A stretch of DNA of 64,000 bases, from positions 1 through 64,000 of the IMG/VR virus record IMGVR_UViG_3300020445_001256. One strand, given 5' to 3'. The translations under genes were made by a program, and so were the position numbers. Origin of the DNA: a virus. The number at the start of each line of letters is the position of its first letter. The first letter of the stretch is position 1. The notes beneath the pieces are model-generated. The model was not told where the DNA came from, did not search any database, and worked only from the letters and a program-made list of their open reading frames with translations. This document shows, piece by piece, positions 46,063-61,000 of this stretch.

Positions 46063-49000
46063 ATGACAAGTATCAATAAGGTTTCACAGGCAGTCAATAG
46101 ACAGACTCCCGAATTTGTAGAGCAGGATTATCCTCTCTTTAATAAGTTTCTTGAGTATTATTATCAATCTCAGGAAAAAACAGGTCTAGGACAGAATATT
46201 CTTAATAACTTCCTTGGTTATTTGGATATTGATAAACTAGACATTAGCATTCTGGATGGTGCAACGAAGGTAGTAGAATCAATAAGTGCGACAGACGATA
46301 TAATAATTGTAGAGAGTGTTGATCAATTTCTTGAGAACGATGGTTCTGTTCTCATAGGTGATGAAGTAATTTACTATGAAAAAGCACAAGCTGGACCCAA
46401 TATTGCTCTAAGTCCAGGTGTTTCTTATGATCAGGTTAAATTAAAGTGGATTAACCTTGCAAGTCCATTAATGAGTTTTGATGGGTCTAGACAATCTTTC
46501 CCATTAACATCTCAAGATAATCCTATTGCTCCACCTTCTGTGCAGCATTTGATTGTTAGTAATTACGGTAAGGTTTTAATTCCTGGTACAGACTATAGTG
46601 TCGAAGGAACAAATATAATATTCACTACTGCTCCTAGAACTAGAATACCTGCTGATGATGCGTCATCAACTTATATTACTTACTTAAACGGTTTTAATGA
46701 GAATACGATTGTTGCTTTAGACAATCTTTCTGGTAGTTTTGGTGAAAGTAAGAGACAATTTACTATTACTAGATCTGGTGCAAGATATGAACCTATTGCT
46801 GATGAATATGTTCTTGCAATTTATGATAATCGTCTATTAACTCCAAAAGTAGACTTTTTCATCGATGGTGATCAATTTATCTTCTTAACAGCACCATTAA
46901 ACGGTAGATTCCTTTCATTATTCTCTATTGAAGCACCTATTCCTTCTTTTGGTGCTGGTGCTGTAGGTTATGCACGTATTAGTGATACTGGAACTCTAAC
47001 TGGTATTTCTATTAGTAAAAATGGTACTGGATATAAGTCTGAGTATCCTCCAAAGATTTCTATTAATACTGAGAATGGTAGCGGTGCTTCTGCTTCTGCT
47101 TTAGTTAATGGTCTTAAGAGTATTGCACTATTAGAAGGTGGTCAGGGATATAGTAGCACTAATCCACCTGTAGTTCAAGTTCAAGCACCTACTGCTGTAG
47201 GAGCAACTGCAGCAACTGTTTCTGCGACTGTTACTAATGGTGCTGTCAGTGCTCTTACAATCACTAATTCTGGTTCTGGATATACATTCACACCTAGAAT
47301 CACTTTCAGGCAACCAGGAGGTGCTGTACTAGGCACTCCAACCGTTGTTAATGGACAGATTACTGCAGTAAGTATTACTAGTTCTGGTTTTGGATATACA
47401 ACTGTTCCAACAGTCTATATTGATGAACCAACTGGTACAAATCCAATTAAAGCAGCGTTCCAAGCAGTTTTAAGTAGTGATGGTGAAATTACATCCATTA
47501 ACATTTTAAATGCTGGTCAAGGGTATACATCTACTCCTAGAATGGCAGTTATTGACCCAGTAGGTGCTCAAGTTCTTGAAACTACTGTTGATAATCAAGG
47601 TAGAGTAACAAATATTGAACTTTTAAGTGGTGGTGTAGGTTATAGTGATGTTCCTTCTGTTTATATCGTAGATAACAGAACTGATGCTACTGGTGCATAT
47701 GCTGGTGGAACTGGTGCTATAGCAACTGCATCAATCTTCAATGGTCAGATTACAGATATTAATATTAGTGCTTTTGGTGGAGGATACAGTCAATCTGCTC
47801 CTCCCGTGGTTGTTATTCAAGCACCTCCTGCTGCTGAAGCATCTGCGGAGATTGGTTTAAATGAAGTTACTGGTTTTACAGTAAATCAAGCTGGTAGCGG
47901 ATATCAGAAGGCACAATTGACTGGATGTGCTCGTGCTGCGTCTTCTATTACTTCTTATACGGAAAGTGGTAACGCAATATTTACAAATAATACTATTGCA
48001 TCTGCACATGCGGTAGATGAACCAATTAAGTGCTTAGATGCGTTATTTGTTAAGAGATTACTTGACAAGTACACAGAACAGTATTTACCAGATGTTCCTA
48101 CATTAGATTACTCTAAAATTGATGTTAGAACAGCAATTAAGACAATTAAGGACTTTTATAGTTCTAAAGGAACATCATATAGTATTGGATATCTCTTTAA
48201 ACTACTTTATGGTGAGACAGTTAGTATATCTTATCCTAAAGATCAGATAATCAAACCATCTGCTGCAACATGGTCTATTGACACTATTTTGCGTGCTACT
48301 TTAGTTAGTGGTGATCCTACAGATATTCAAGACGGTCTTTTAACCCAAGAAGCGGATATTGCTGACCTTAATGTTAAAGAAGCAAGTGCTCTTGTAGAAA
48401 ATTATATTTCAATTAGAACATCACAAGTTACCATATATGAATTAGTTCTTTCCGAAGAAACTATTGCGGGAACCTTTATTGTTCCTTATAAGACAAAATT
48501 AGCAGAACCGCTTAATAAAACTGAATCTATTATTACTGTTGACTCTACAATTGGTTGGCCTGAAAGAAACGGTGAATTTATTATTGGTAGTTCAACTGAT
48601 ACTAGAGAAATTGTTCAATATAAGGAAAAATCATTAAACCAGTTCATTGAGTGTACTAGATCAGTAAATGGTGTAGTTGAGGACTGGGATTCTGCTACAG
48701 AGGTAAAATCTAACTTTAATGTTTACATTAATAAGGGAACTCCTCAAGAAGTGGTGATGAATATTGTTGGTATCGTTGATGCTCAACAAACAACTCTTAC
48801 TGATACTGGATCTTACTACTTACCTGGTGATAAATTAACAGTTTCTAAGTTAGGTGGAACAGGAACTACTCCTGAACTTACAACTTGGTTGTATAACGTT
48901 AAAAAATTAATCGAAGTTACTTCTGTAGCATTTGGTGGTATTAATAACCAATCCGCGACTATTACTTGTAAGAATGATCACGGTCTTTTGGTAGGAGATC

Positions 49001-52000
49001 AGGTAACCATCTATGGTGCTAACCCAATCCTTTATAATGGAACATTTCTTGTAACATCTAGAGATAGTGATACTGTTTTCCAATATGCATTACCTCAACC
49101 TGCTACTGTTATCCCACAGGGTAATATTCTGGTATCTATTGACCTTAACAAAGGTAAATCTACTAGTACTGCAATAAACAATGCTATTAGTCCTTATACG
49201 ACTAACGTTCAGAACTCATTCTTTAACGACAATTACGTTTATCTTGCTTCTACTGGTATTCCAAACTATAATATTGGACCTTTCCCAGGATCAGCACTTC
49301 TTCCTGGTAACCAAAGAAAATTAACAAGATTCCCTAAAATACCTACTACAATTTCTACAAAGGACTTAATTGGTGCTGGTCCAATTGGAACTTGGGTAAA
49401 TGGTGTTTCTGTATGGTCTTATAAGTCAAGTTTAACTAAGACATTTGGTGCTATAACAAGTATTGGCATTACAAATGCTGGTTCAGGTTATGATGCTGCT
49501 TCTCCTCCTGCTATTACAATTTCTGGTGGTGGAGGTTCTGGTGCTACTGCTTCCGTAGTTGTTGACGGTGCTATCAGTGAAGTTACTGTAACTACTGGTG
49601 GATCTGATTATACATCCTCACCATTGGTCTCTATAGTCGGTGGAGGAGGGTCTGGAGCTGCTGCAACCGCTATTATTACTAAAGGTGTTGTTTCACGTAT
49701 TCTAATCAATTCTGGTGGAACTGGATATACTTCACAACCTCAAATTACTATTGTAGGTGGAGGTGGTTCTGGTGCTGCTGCTACCGCATCTGTTAGAGGT
49801 CCGATTAAAACTATTAACGTTGCTTCTGGTGGTTCCGCATACACATCTAAACCTAGTGTTACTTTAAGTTCTGGTTCTGGTGCTGTTGCACAAGCAATTG
49901 TACAGAATGGACGTATTATATCAATTGCTATTATATCTGCTGGATCTGGATATACTACTGCTCCTGAAATTACTATTCAAGGTGATGGTTTTGGTGCAGT
50001 TGCTAGAGCAACTATTGACGTTGATGGAGAAAATGCTGGTAGAGTTACTAATATTGAGATTATTAACCGAGGTATTGGATATCTTCAAGGAACTACTATT
50101 ATTAATCTAGATTCAGTTGGATCTTCTGCATTATTCAGTGCAAATGTATTTGAGTGGACTTATAACTTACAATCAACCGCAACTTTAGACTCTGCAAAGG
50201 GTGGTGTATTTGAAGGATATAATAATCAGTATGGTGGTGAATATGCCCACCTTTCTAACCCACAAACACTAAGATATATCTTAGGTGATAACCTTTATGA
50301 GTCAAACACTGGTACAATCCTAGAAAAAGAGGATTCTGTTGTTCACTCACCTATTATTGGTTGGGCATTTGATGGTAACCCAATTTATGGTCCTTATGGA
50401 TATTCTGATCCAACTGACCAAGGTTCTGTAATAACTAGATTGAGTACTTCATACAGGGTTAAACCTGCTCTTATATATGATGCTGCAACTAATCCATACC
50501 CAGTTAGAACTGATGGACCTTTACTTACGGATACAGATAGTAATGGAACTCTATTGTATCCATATGGTTCTTTCGTTGAAGACTACGAATATGTTTTTGG
50601 ACTAGGGGATCTAGACCAATATAATGGTCGTTTTTGTAAAACACCTGATTATCCAACTGGTAGATATTGCTATTTTGTTACTATTGACAATACTACTGCT
50701 GGTAATCCTGAATTCCCATATGTTTTAGGACCAAGTTTCAACTCTGTTGTAGATAAGTGGAATTTAAGCACTTCTGCTGTTCAGCAGAACATTCCTACTG
50801 GTGTTGTCCGTTATAGAGACCCATATGAGAATGTTGACATTGATGTATCAAGAGCACCTAATGTTTCTACAAATGCTCTTACAACTGAATCTGGAGATAT
50901 AATCTTATTTGAAGTAGAAGATGAAGATAGAAGTGGTGTAATAGATCAGATAGAAACTGATGATCCAGATCAAATGTTTGAAGAATCACCTTTACAGTTA
51001 TTTGATTACTTCCCTAAAGTAACATTTGACTCTAAAGTTGATATTGAAGTAGAAACTATCACTAAATTTGAAGATGCTTCTGTAAATGGATTTACTATTG
51101 AAAACCCAGGTATTAACTATCAGGTTAATGACCGTTTAGAATTTGATAATACTGGTACTGATGGTACTGGTGTTTCTGCTCGTGTTTCTAGAATTAAGGG
51201 TGAAGCAGTTGAAAGTTATAGTTTTGAAAACATTAGTGGAGAGAATTTTGGTGTTTTAAAGACTACAGAACCTCATAACCTAGTAATTGGTGATAGTGTC
51301 TTTGTGACATATAATCCAATAATGAATAATACGAACAAGACCTTTACTGTTCGTCAATTCAAAGGTATTGAAGAAATTGTTATTAATCAGACTGGTTCTG
51401 GTTATAATTCTGATATTCCTCCAACAATTACTATTGATAGTGCTACTGGAAGTGGTGGAGAATTACAAGCAGTTGTAACTTCTGTTGGAGCAATCGAGAC
51501 TGTTAATATTATTAATTCAGGTTCTGGATACACAACTAATCCTCGTGTTATTCTTTCACATCCACAGGTGTTTAAGAAAGCAGATTACTATGTTTCTAAG
51601 ATTGATAATAACAACTATGTTAAAGTAAATGACGTTGTTATTAATGAAAATAAAGAAATCTTTATTTGTGGTAAAACAAAGGATACTAATGGTAACGAAA
51701 TTGGTTTTGTTTCTAAATTATCTGCAACTGGTGTTAAAGAATGGGAGAAAAATTTAGAACTTACTGGTGGTGGACAATATTGTGAATTCCAAAAACTTTA
51801 TGTTGATGGAAATGATGTTTGGGTTGTTGGTAACAATAGACCAAATAGTAATCTTTTAGATTCATATAACCCAGATATTATTCTAGCCAAGTACACTCAA
51901 GCATCAAATGGTCTTAGTGCAACACTAGGATTCCAGAAAGGATATGCTGGTATTTCTGGTTCTACTCGTTCTGATAGTGTAACTGCAATTACTAAACTTT

Positions 52001-55000
52001 CTGATACTAGATTTGTTATAGGTGGTTATACAAATACAAACTCAACTAATCCTTTTGATGCATATATTGCTCTTATTGATACAACAGGTAATTTTGCACT
52101 TAAGAGAAAGGTTGCAGGTACTACTACTTCAGAAAAAATTACTGGATTAGTTGTTAATGCTGGTAATGTTTATTTCTCTGTAGAGAGTGCTGCAAGTCCT
52201 AATGCTACTGCTATTGATCTTGGATTAGGTAAAGCAACAATTGGTACTAGTGCAATTACTATTGATTATGTTAAAACATATTCAAATACTTCATATTCAT
52301 TCTTAGATTCTAGTATTTGTATTGATGAATTTAATGAAATTTATTTAACTGCAACTTGCAGACTTAAGGCAAATAATACAACAAAGAATAGTTTCTGGGT
52401 TGGTAAAACAGATATTGATGGTAATCTTATTTGGAACTATAGGTATCAGATACCTAATGAAAGTGGCACAGAATATGCAATTCAAGCAGTAAGTAAGACT
52501 GCAATTGATGTTTTTGGTGATCTTAACGTTGGTGTTACTTTAACAAGTGGAATTAACGGTCTTAAGACTGCAAGATCCTTTAAGATTGGTTATAGTGGTA
52601 ATCTTAAGGAACATTCATCTAATCTCTTCAATCTTAATAATGTTGAAGGTGTTACTATTAATTCGTTAGATGTTGATAATTCTGGTGATGTTCATCTATA
52701 TGGTCAATCTTCTTGGAATAGAAATGAATTCTTATTACCATTCACAGGTGGAGCAACAACAGATACAACTGGTCATTATACTCCAACTATAGTAACTACA
52801 GGAGGTTCATTAAGTTATGAAAATACTGTCCAAGGTGGATATGCAAAAATACTCGGATCTCAACTTGCAAGTCCAACTGTCTGGGAAAATGCTTACATTA
52901 AGTTCCCAGCTGCGGATCTTGGGACTAAACTTGCTGACGATTGGACTATAGAATTCTTCCTTTATAGGGATAGTTCAAATAGTAATGTATTCAGTCAAAA
53001 TGAAGAAACTCTAATTTCTATTGGTGATGCAACAGTCACAACTGGTGGTCTTTGGTTATACTTTGAAATTAGTACTGGTAAGATTGGATTAGCAGTTACT
53101 AATAATACTACTGCTTTAAATGCTGGAAGTGCTCAACTTAGCACAGCAACCACAATATATGCTACTAATACTTGGCAAACTATTGGATTAAAGAAAGAAG
53201 GAAATATATTTACTGTTTATAGTAATGGTATTCAAGTAATTCAATCTACAGTTCCTGATACTTCATTAGGTAGTAAAGATTTAGTTATTGGTAATATTTC
53301 TGGTAGAAGTGGAACTCTTAATAACTGGCGTTCAAATGAACAGGGTCAATACCATGTTGATAACTTACGTTTGAGAAACAGAGCAGTTACACCAACTGTT
53401 CCTAGTGATATTGGTGTTTTACCTCTTGCTGGAGCATTTTCAATTGGATATAATTGGGAAGATGATGCTTGGTTTACTACTAACTTAAACAAGTTTGATT
53501 ATATTGATTACACTGGTATTGGTATTAAAGTTGATAAGAATGCTGATGCTGCAAGAGTTGGTACTTATACAGAAAGAACTAATACTAAGTTAGGATTTAT
53601 TAGAGCAGATGAAATAGGAACTACTATTACTCCTACATCACTTACTGTTGTAACAACAGGATTTGCATTAGCTGATGCTGGATTCCAAGGTTTAGACTTT
53701 GATGATGCCACTATAACAATGGCTCAAGATACTGAGACTATGACCTATACTCAGGACGTATGGAGTTCTAGAACTGCTACTGTTCCTTCACCAGGTTCTC
53801 AGAAGTTATCTGTATCTGCTGTAGTTAAAGACAAATACTATTTCAAAGTAACTAATACTATAAAAATTGATAATGTTCAAGAACTTACTCTAAATCAGGC
53901 GTTTAATTTTACTACAGGAACAAAATTAAGACTTAATAATAATGCAGGAACCTTTGTTAATAGTGGATACATTATCAGACAGGATACTACTAATAATAAA
54001 ATATATCTTGCAATTAATAATAATGCTTGGTCTAATGATCTAAACACAGGTAACTTAGTTACAGAACAGTTTAGTGAGCAAAGCACTTATGGTATTGTTG
54101 GACCTATTCCTGCTGATGTTAATGAAATTGTAGGATATACATTTGCTCAGGTTAACAATACAACTCCTGGAACATTTGATATTGATCTTGATGATTATAA
54201 TTTAAGTGGTACTGGTTATAATGCAGGTGGTGGACAAGACCTTGATAGTTATGCTAAGTTTAAACCTTATTCTGATAATGATTATTCAGTAAGAATTGAT
54301 GAAGTTACTACTGGATCACCATATATCGTTGGTTCTGTTATTAATATTACCGATAGTAATATTTCATATAATGCTGCTTATTCTACTGCACAAATTACTG
54401 GTTTAACTGCAGTTACCAAAATTACATTAGTTGCAAATCTAACTAAGATTCTTCAAGTTAGTGCAGTATCTAATAGTGATGAAGTTTATGTAATTACTGG
54501 AACAAGTCATTACCTTTCTGCAGGTGAGATGATTTATGTTGATGGTAACCCAACAGAGAACAGTCTTGACGAGTATGATGGTGCATTTGCTGTTAATTCT
54601 GTTGTAAGTCCATTAGAATTTACATATAAACTAAAACAGGTAGCAACTACTTCTCCTGCTACATCAGCAGGTAGCGTTAACATATTTGTTAAATCTCCTG
54701 TATTGAAGATGTATTATGGTCACCAGTACATCTTTGACATGAGTCATAGTTCATTACTTGGTGGTAACTTATCATTCTCTAAAGATAACCTATACAAACT
54801 TGAATATTCATTCAACTCAATTGAAAGAACTGGAACTCCTGGTGTAAGTGGAGAAGGTGTTCCTACACCTATAGTTAAGTTAAAAGTTGATGATAATATT
54901 TTAACTAACATATCATACTACTTTGATCCTTCAAGAATTGGAGCAGATTCTCCAATTAATCCTTCTAGTTACCTAGATGTTACTAATTCTCCATATAAGG

Positions 55001-58000
55001 GAACATTCTCAATTAGTTCTGTTGCTGGTGCAACAATTACTCGTGGTGCTGATACATTCAAATTCCCTCTATTAGATGAACCAGAAGGTGATGCTGAAGT
55101 ATCTCAGACAACTTATAGTACAAGTTCTGTTAAAGCAGTTGGATCTATATCTGATGTTCGTATTGTCAACTCTGGTGGATTCTACACTAGACTACCAATT
55201 GTAAGTAGTATTACTTCTACAAGACAGATTGAAAGAGTTGCTATTGAGGATCCAGGTACTGAATATGCTAATGGTGTTTATAACGCTGTTCCTATTGCTG
55301 GTAATGGTGAAGGTGGATTAGTTGAAATTACTGTTGCTGATGGATTAGACAGTGAAGGTGTAACTATTCCAGGTCAAATTCAAGCAGTTACAGTTACTTC
55401 TCCAGGTAAAAATTATACTACTGCATCAATTGATATTGAAGCAATACCTGGTATTCTTGGAGCAGGATTAACTGGTTCTGGTGCTAAATTAACTGTTGTT
55501 ATTCCAAATGCAGGTACTCAGGCATCTATCTTTACTAAGGCAGATAAAGTTGGTAAGATTAAGAAACTTAAGAATAATAACTTTGGTTATGATTATCCTC
55601 ATGACTATACACTACGCCCTGAGATTTCGTTCCCAATAAACGCACAGCTTACTTCTACAAGTATTCTTTCTAGTATTACTGTTACAAATCCAGGTTCTGG
55701 ATATTCACAAGCACCTGCTGTTGTAATTACAGGTGGTGGTGGATCTGGTGCAACTGCAGAATCATCTATTAAGAATGGTAGATTAGACATAATCATTGTT
55801 AAGGATCCAGGTGCTGGATATTCTTCTACACCAACTGTTTCACTTAAGTCTTCATTCAACTATGTTGTTAACCTTGACTTAGGTCTTTTACAGTTTGCTT
55901 TCCCACATGGTATTACAAATGGTGCTGCTGTAACTTTAAACGTAGTTGATACAGGAGATGGTGCTGATTTCCCACTTGCTGCTGGTGCTGTTGGTCGTCT
56001 TAATGGAACTACTACTTATTATGCAATTTCTGGTGCTGCAAATTCACTAGAAAATGACCAATTAAAACTTGCTCTTACTGCAGCAAATGCTGAATTAGGT
56101 GACGCTCTTTCCTTTGTTAACGCTGGTGAAGGTCGTCAACAAGTATTAACTGAATCATTTGGTGGTTCTGCTACTGCAAACGTTATCACTTCTACTTTCT
56201 TAGAAGGAGAACTTGTTTATCAAGGTGATTCATTAGATACTGCAACTGCTACTGGATACGTTTCTACTAACCAAGGTTGGCAGATTGGACCTAGAATTCT
56301 TAAGATTGTTGATTATACTGGAACTTTCGCAGAGACACAAAAGGTTACTGGTGTTATTTCTAAGTCTTCAGGTACTATTAGTGATTTAAATATTGCTCGT
56401 GGTGTTCTTGAAATTGGTTCTATCACTAAAACTACTGGTCAATTCATTGATGATGTTGGTAAACCATCTGAGATTATTCAGAAGATCCAAGACTCTTACT
56501 ATTATCAGGACTTCTCTTATGCTATTAAGTCTGCTGTTTCTATTAGTGAGTGGAAAGAGATTCTTATTAAGAACGTTCACCCTGCATCATTTAAGGTATT
56601 TGGTGAGTTAAATCTATCTGATTATGGATTTATTCCAAATAAAGATACAGATTTCCAACTTACTAAGTCTGTTGAACTTGCAAGAGAAGCGATTGTTCCA
56701 AATATTCAAAGTTTTGCTCTTGTAGAACCAATTTACTCAGAATTTAATAATACAGAGGTTTTATTCCGTCAGAAGAGATTGACATCTTCTGAGAACATTT
56801 TGACTTCTGTTGTACAGAGAATTGATGATATTTCTGGTCAATTTGATGGTGAGAAGATTGCATTCCCTCTAACAGTTGATGGCAACACCGTTGTTGCTAA
56901 CGCTAATCAGTTAATGATTGTTTTGAATGGTATTGTTCAGAACCCTGGAACTGCATTTGAGATTCAAGGTGATTCTATCGTCTTTAGTGAACCACCACAA
57001 CCACCTGCAAGTGTTAAGTATGTTAATATTAAAATATCACAGATTGCAATTGTAAGTAATACATTTACTAACCAAAGTGGTATTTTCCCAAGTCCAGGTA
57101 ATGTTTTAACTGGAACAAACTCTGGTGCTAAATTGACTGTAACTTCTGTTGTTGGTGATACTATATTTGGTTTCATTACAGAAGGAACATTTATTGCTGC
57201 AGAAAACGTAACTGTTAGTGCAACTGGATTTAGTGCTAACTTAGATGTTCAAAGTAATGTTTCTAATATTGGATTATTCCAGTATGGAGAACAAGTTAAG
57301 AACTTAACTAATGATACTGCTAAAGTAGAACAGATTAACCTACAAAGAGGTTTGGAAAATGCATTAGCACAATTACGTTATACAGTTGGTCCTTCTACAA
57401 CTTCAATAGAAGTAGTTCCTGATGGATCAACTACAGATGGTCCTGTTCCTGCTGGAACATTTACAACCAGTACAAGTTATCAACTTGGATCTGAAGTTGT
57501 TACTGTTACTAATATTGTTGATGGAAATGATTCAACAACTCTAACAGTTAGCAGAGGACAAAATGGAACAGTTGCTGTTTCACATCAAGAAGATTTCCCA
57601 ATTTACGGAACTGTTATTGCAGTAACAGATGAACTTACTTTAAGTAAGACTGCTGGAACATATAAGTCTACTCCAGGTCTATTTGATATTCAATTAAATG
57701 ATGTTATTATTGGTGCTAAATCTGGTGTTGTTGCTCGTGTTACTCAAACAAGTGCATATCAAGATCCTACAACTCAAGAATTTATAAGTCAGGTTAATAT
57801 TTCTGAAGGATCATCATTCTTTGGTCTATTGATGAATAGAATTTCATCTACATCATATCCAAATATTGTTCTTGATGATATTTCTAAATCACAAGTTAGT
57901 GTTGTTCAGTATACTGATAATACTACTGCTTTCAACTCACAGTTCCCTGCTAATGAACAACTTAATAATATCGTAGTTCCTTATGATAATCTAGTTGGTG

Positions 58001-61000
58001 GACCTATTCAAGAGAATGAAACTATTAGAAATTACAAACTTAAGTATGGTGGAAATACTGGTGAATTTATTGCTGGAGAAGGTGCGAGAGCAAGAAAACT
58101 TTCTTACATCAATCCTAAAGGTGATGGATTCTTTGCTAAAGGTCAAGTACTTAGAACTCAAGATACTAAAGCAGAAGTTCTTGGATTTAATCAGGCAGAT
58201 CAGGTAATCTATCTTGGTAAAGTTGGTAGAACAAAGGCAAATGGTCAAGACTACCATATCCCATCATTCTCCAATAGTGCTCAACTGGATACCACAGTCA
58301 AATACTATGGAACTGCTTCATTACAATTAGCAGCAGCAACTAACGATTATGTCACTATTCCTTCTTCAAGTGAATTTGCTTTTGGAACAGGTGCATTTAC
58401 TATAGATCTAATGTTGCGTCCTGCTGCATCTTCTATAAGTGGAACTGCTACTATACTTGATATGAGAGCATCTGCTGCGAATGAAGTTGCTGGTAGACTA
58501 TACTTACAAGCAGGTCAAGTTCGTTGGAACGTTAATAATGCTGATATAGTTACTTCTGGTGCTACAGCTCTTACTGCAGATACTTGGGTTTATGTTTCCA
58601 TTATGAAGTCTGGTACAACAACTAAGATTTTATTAAATGGAGTTGAAGCAGGTACAGCAACAGATAACACAACATATGTTGCAAAACCAATTAGATTAGG
58701 TTCTGATTATGCTGGTGCTAATAGTTTAACTGGATTCATTGATGAATTAAGAGTATCTAATACTAACCGTCATCAAACAATTCCATTTACTCCTCAGAAT
58801 GGTATTTGGCAGGGTGATGCTAATACTAAGTTATTATTACACTTTGATGGTGCTGATGCTCAGACATGGACTGAAGATTGGTCTGGTGCAGAAGGATTTA
58901 CTGCTGGTGAAGACTTTAATAATGATGCTATAATAGCTTCAACTCGTTCTTCTAATGCTACTCCTGGAGGATTTACTGGTAATACTCAAAGATATTATGA
59001 TGCTGCTGATTTAATTCTTCTTAATAAGGAATTCCTTGCTCAAGAAGTTGTTTATATTCTTAAAGAAAGACATCCTCATCACACTGTTAAGGGTAGTGAA
59101 GTTGATTGTGAAGATGATGTTCGTGATGTATTAGATGCTATTATTTCTGACCTTCGTAATGGAACAAATAATAAGATCTGGGATGCATCTTCATACTATG
59201 TTGATAGAACATCATCTCCAATCGTATTGAAGTTTGTTTCTAATGAAGTTGATGAAGTAGTTTACACTTATGACAAACTTGAGGAAATGCTCAAGTATAT
59301 TGTTAATAATACTCTTTGGGATGTTCAAGGTGATCATGGTTTAGTACAGAAGACTGATTCTACTATTACAGAAGCTAGTGGTTTAACCACACAAACCTTC
59401 CAGCCTACTGCTGCTGCATATGATGCAGAAAGTGGTTATATGGTATTGACTGCTTCTGGACATGGTATGAGAGCAGAAAGAGGAATTACTGCAACTGGTG
59501 CTAGTTATACTGCAACAACAGGTGTTTTACAATTAACCGTTGCTACTACCACATTTAGTGTATCTACTGCAACTTATGACCATACAACTGGTGTTATGGT
59601 CATAACAATTGGTTCTCATAGTTTGACAACCAATGATAATATTAGAATTGCCACTGGTGGAATTACATTTAGTTGTAACAACGGTGGAGTTAGTACTGGT
59701 GCATATCCTCGTGCAAATGGTGCTAATACAGAGAGTGGTGCTGACTATGCATACGATAGATGGCTTCCAATCCTTGCTGTAGGTGCAACAACTATTACTG
59801 TTAATGTTAATGGTGGTAAGGGTGCTATTAGTCATGCCTTTGCACACACATATTCAACTTCTTCTGCAGGATGTATTACTGCTGGTCATGGTCTTAATGA
59901 GGGAGATAGAATCAAGTTTGATCCTAATTCTCTTGTAATGAATTGCACCTCTGATGGTAATACAGTTAATCAGAGTTATCCAAGACCTGATGATCCTGCT
60001 GCTCAAGGTTGGTTAGAAGTTATAGAAAATACTAGTACTACATTTGATGTAAACGTTGGTAAATCACCTACTGTAAATTATACAGCAAGTGCTGGAACTT
60101 ATGATGCTGATACTGGTTTCTTAACCATGAATATTGGTCAGCATAACCTAAGAACTAGTAGAAAGTATACTGCAACTAATGCTGATTACACTGCATCTTC
60201 AGGTGCAATGAAGATCACTATTGGTGATAATATTGATGTTCATGATGCAAGTTATGTTGCTAAGAATGGTTTATTAAAATTAAATATTGGTCATCACAAC
60301 TTCAAACAAGGTAGTTTAGTTAAGATTGCTCCTAACTCACTATTCTTTACATGTAGTATGGATGATCATCAATCAGTTCATGCATATCCAAGATCATCTG
60401 ATCCTGTTTACAATGATGATATTGAAGTTATTGATATAACTGATGATACTATTACTGTTGATGTGGGAACATCTCCAGAAGTTTCATATACACCTACTGG
60501 TGCAACTTATAACACCTCTACAGGTGACATGGTTCTTACCATTGGTGCTCATAGTTTAGCTGCTGGAACTAGTATAAGACTTTTAGATGAATCTATAGCA
60601 TTCAGTTGTAGTTTTGGTAGTGGTGGTACTAGTTCATATCCTCGTCCTACAGTAGACACTAAGAATGTTCAAACAGCATCTTATAATCCTCAAAGTGGTA
60701 TATTATCCGTAACAACCACTGCTGCACATAACTTAACTGGTCCTACTGCTAAGAATGTTACTGATGCTACTTACAATGCATCTACAGGTATTTTACAATT
60801 AGAATCTGCTGGTCATGGATTTAGTCTTGGTGATAAGATAAGAATTAAAGATGATGCTTTAGTGTTTACTTGCACTAAAGATGGAAATGCAACAAACCAT
60901 ACATATCCAAGATCAACTGATCCTGTAAGTGGTCAATGGTTGACTATTGTTGCTAAAGCAACTGATACGATTGATCTTCAAGTTGGTGCTTCTAAGATTG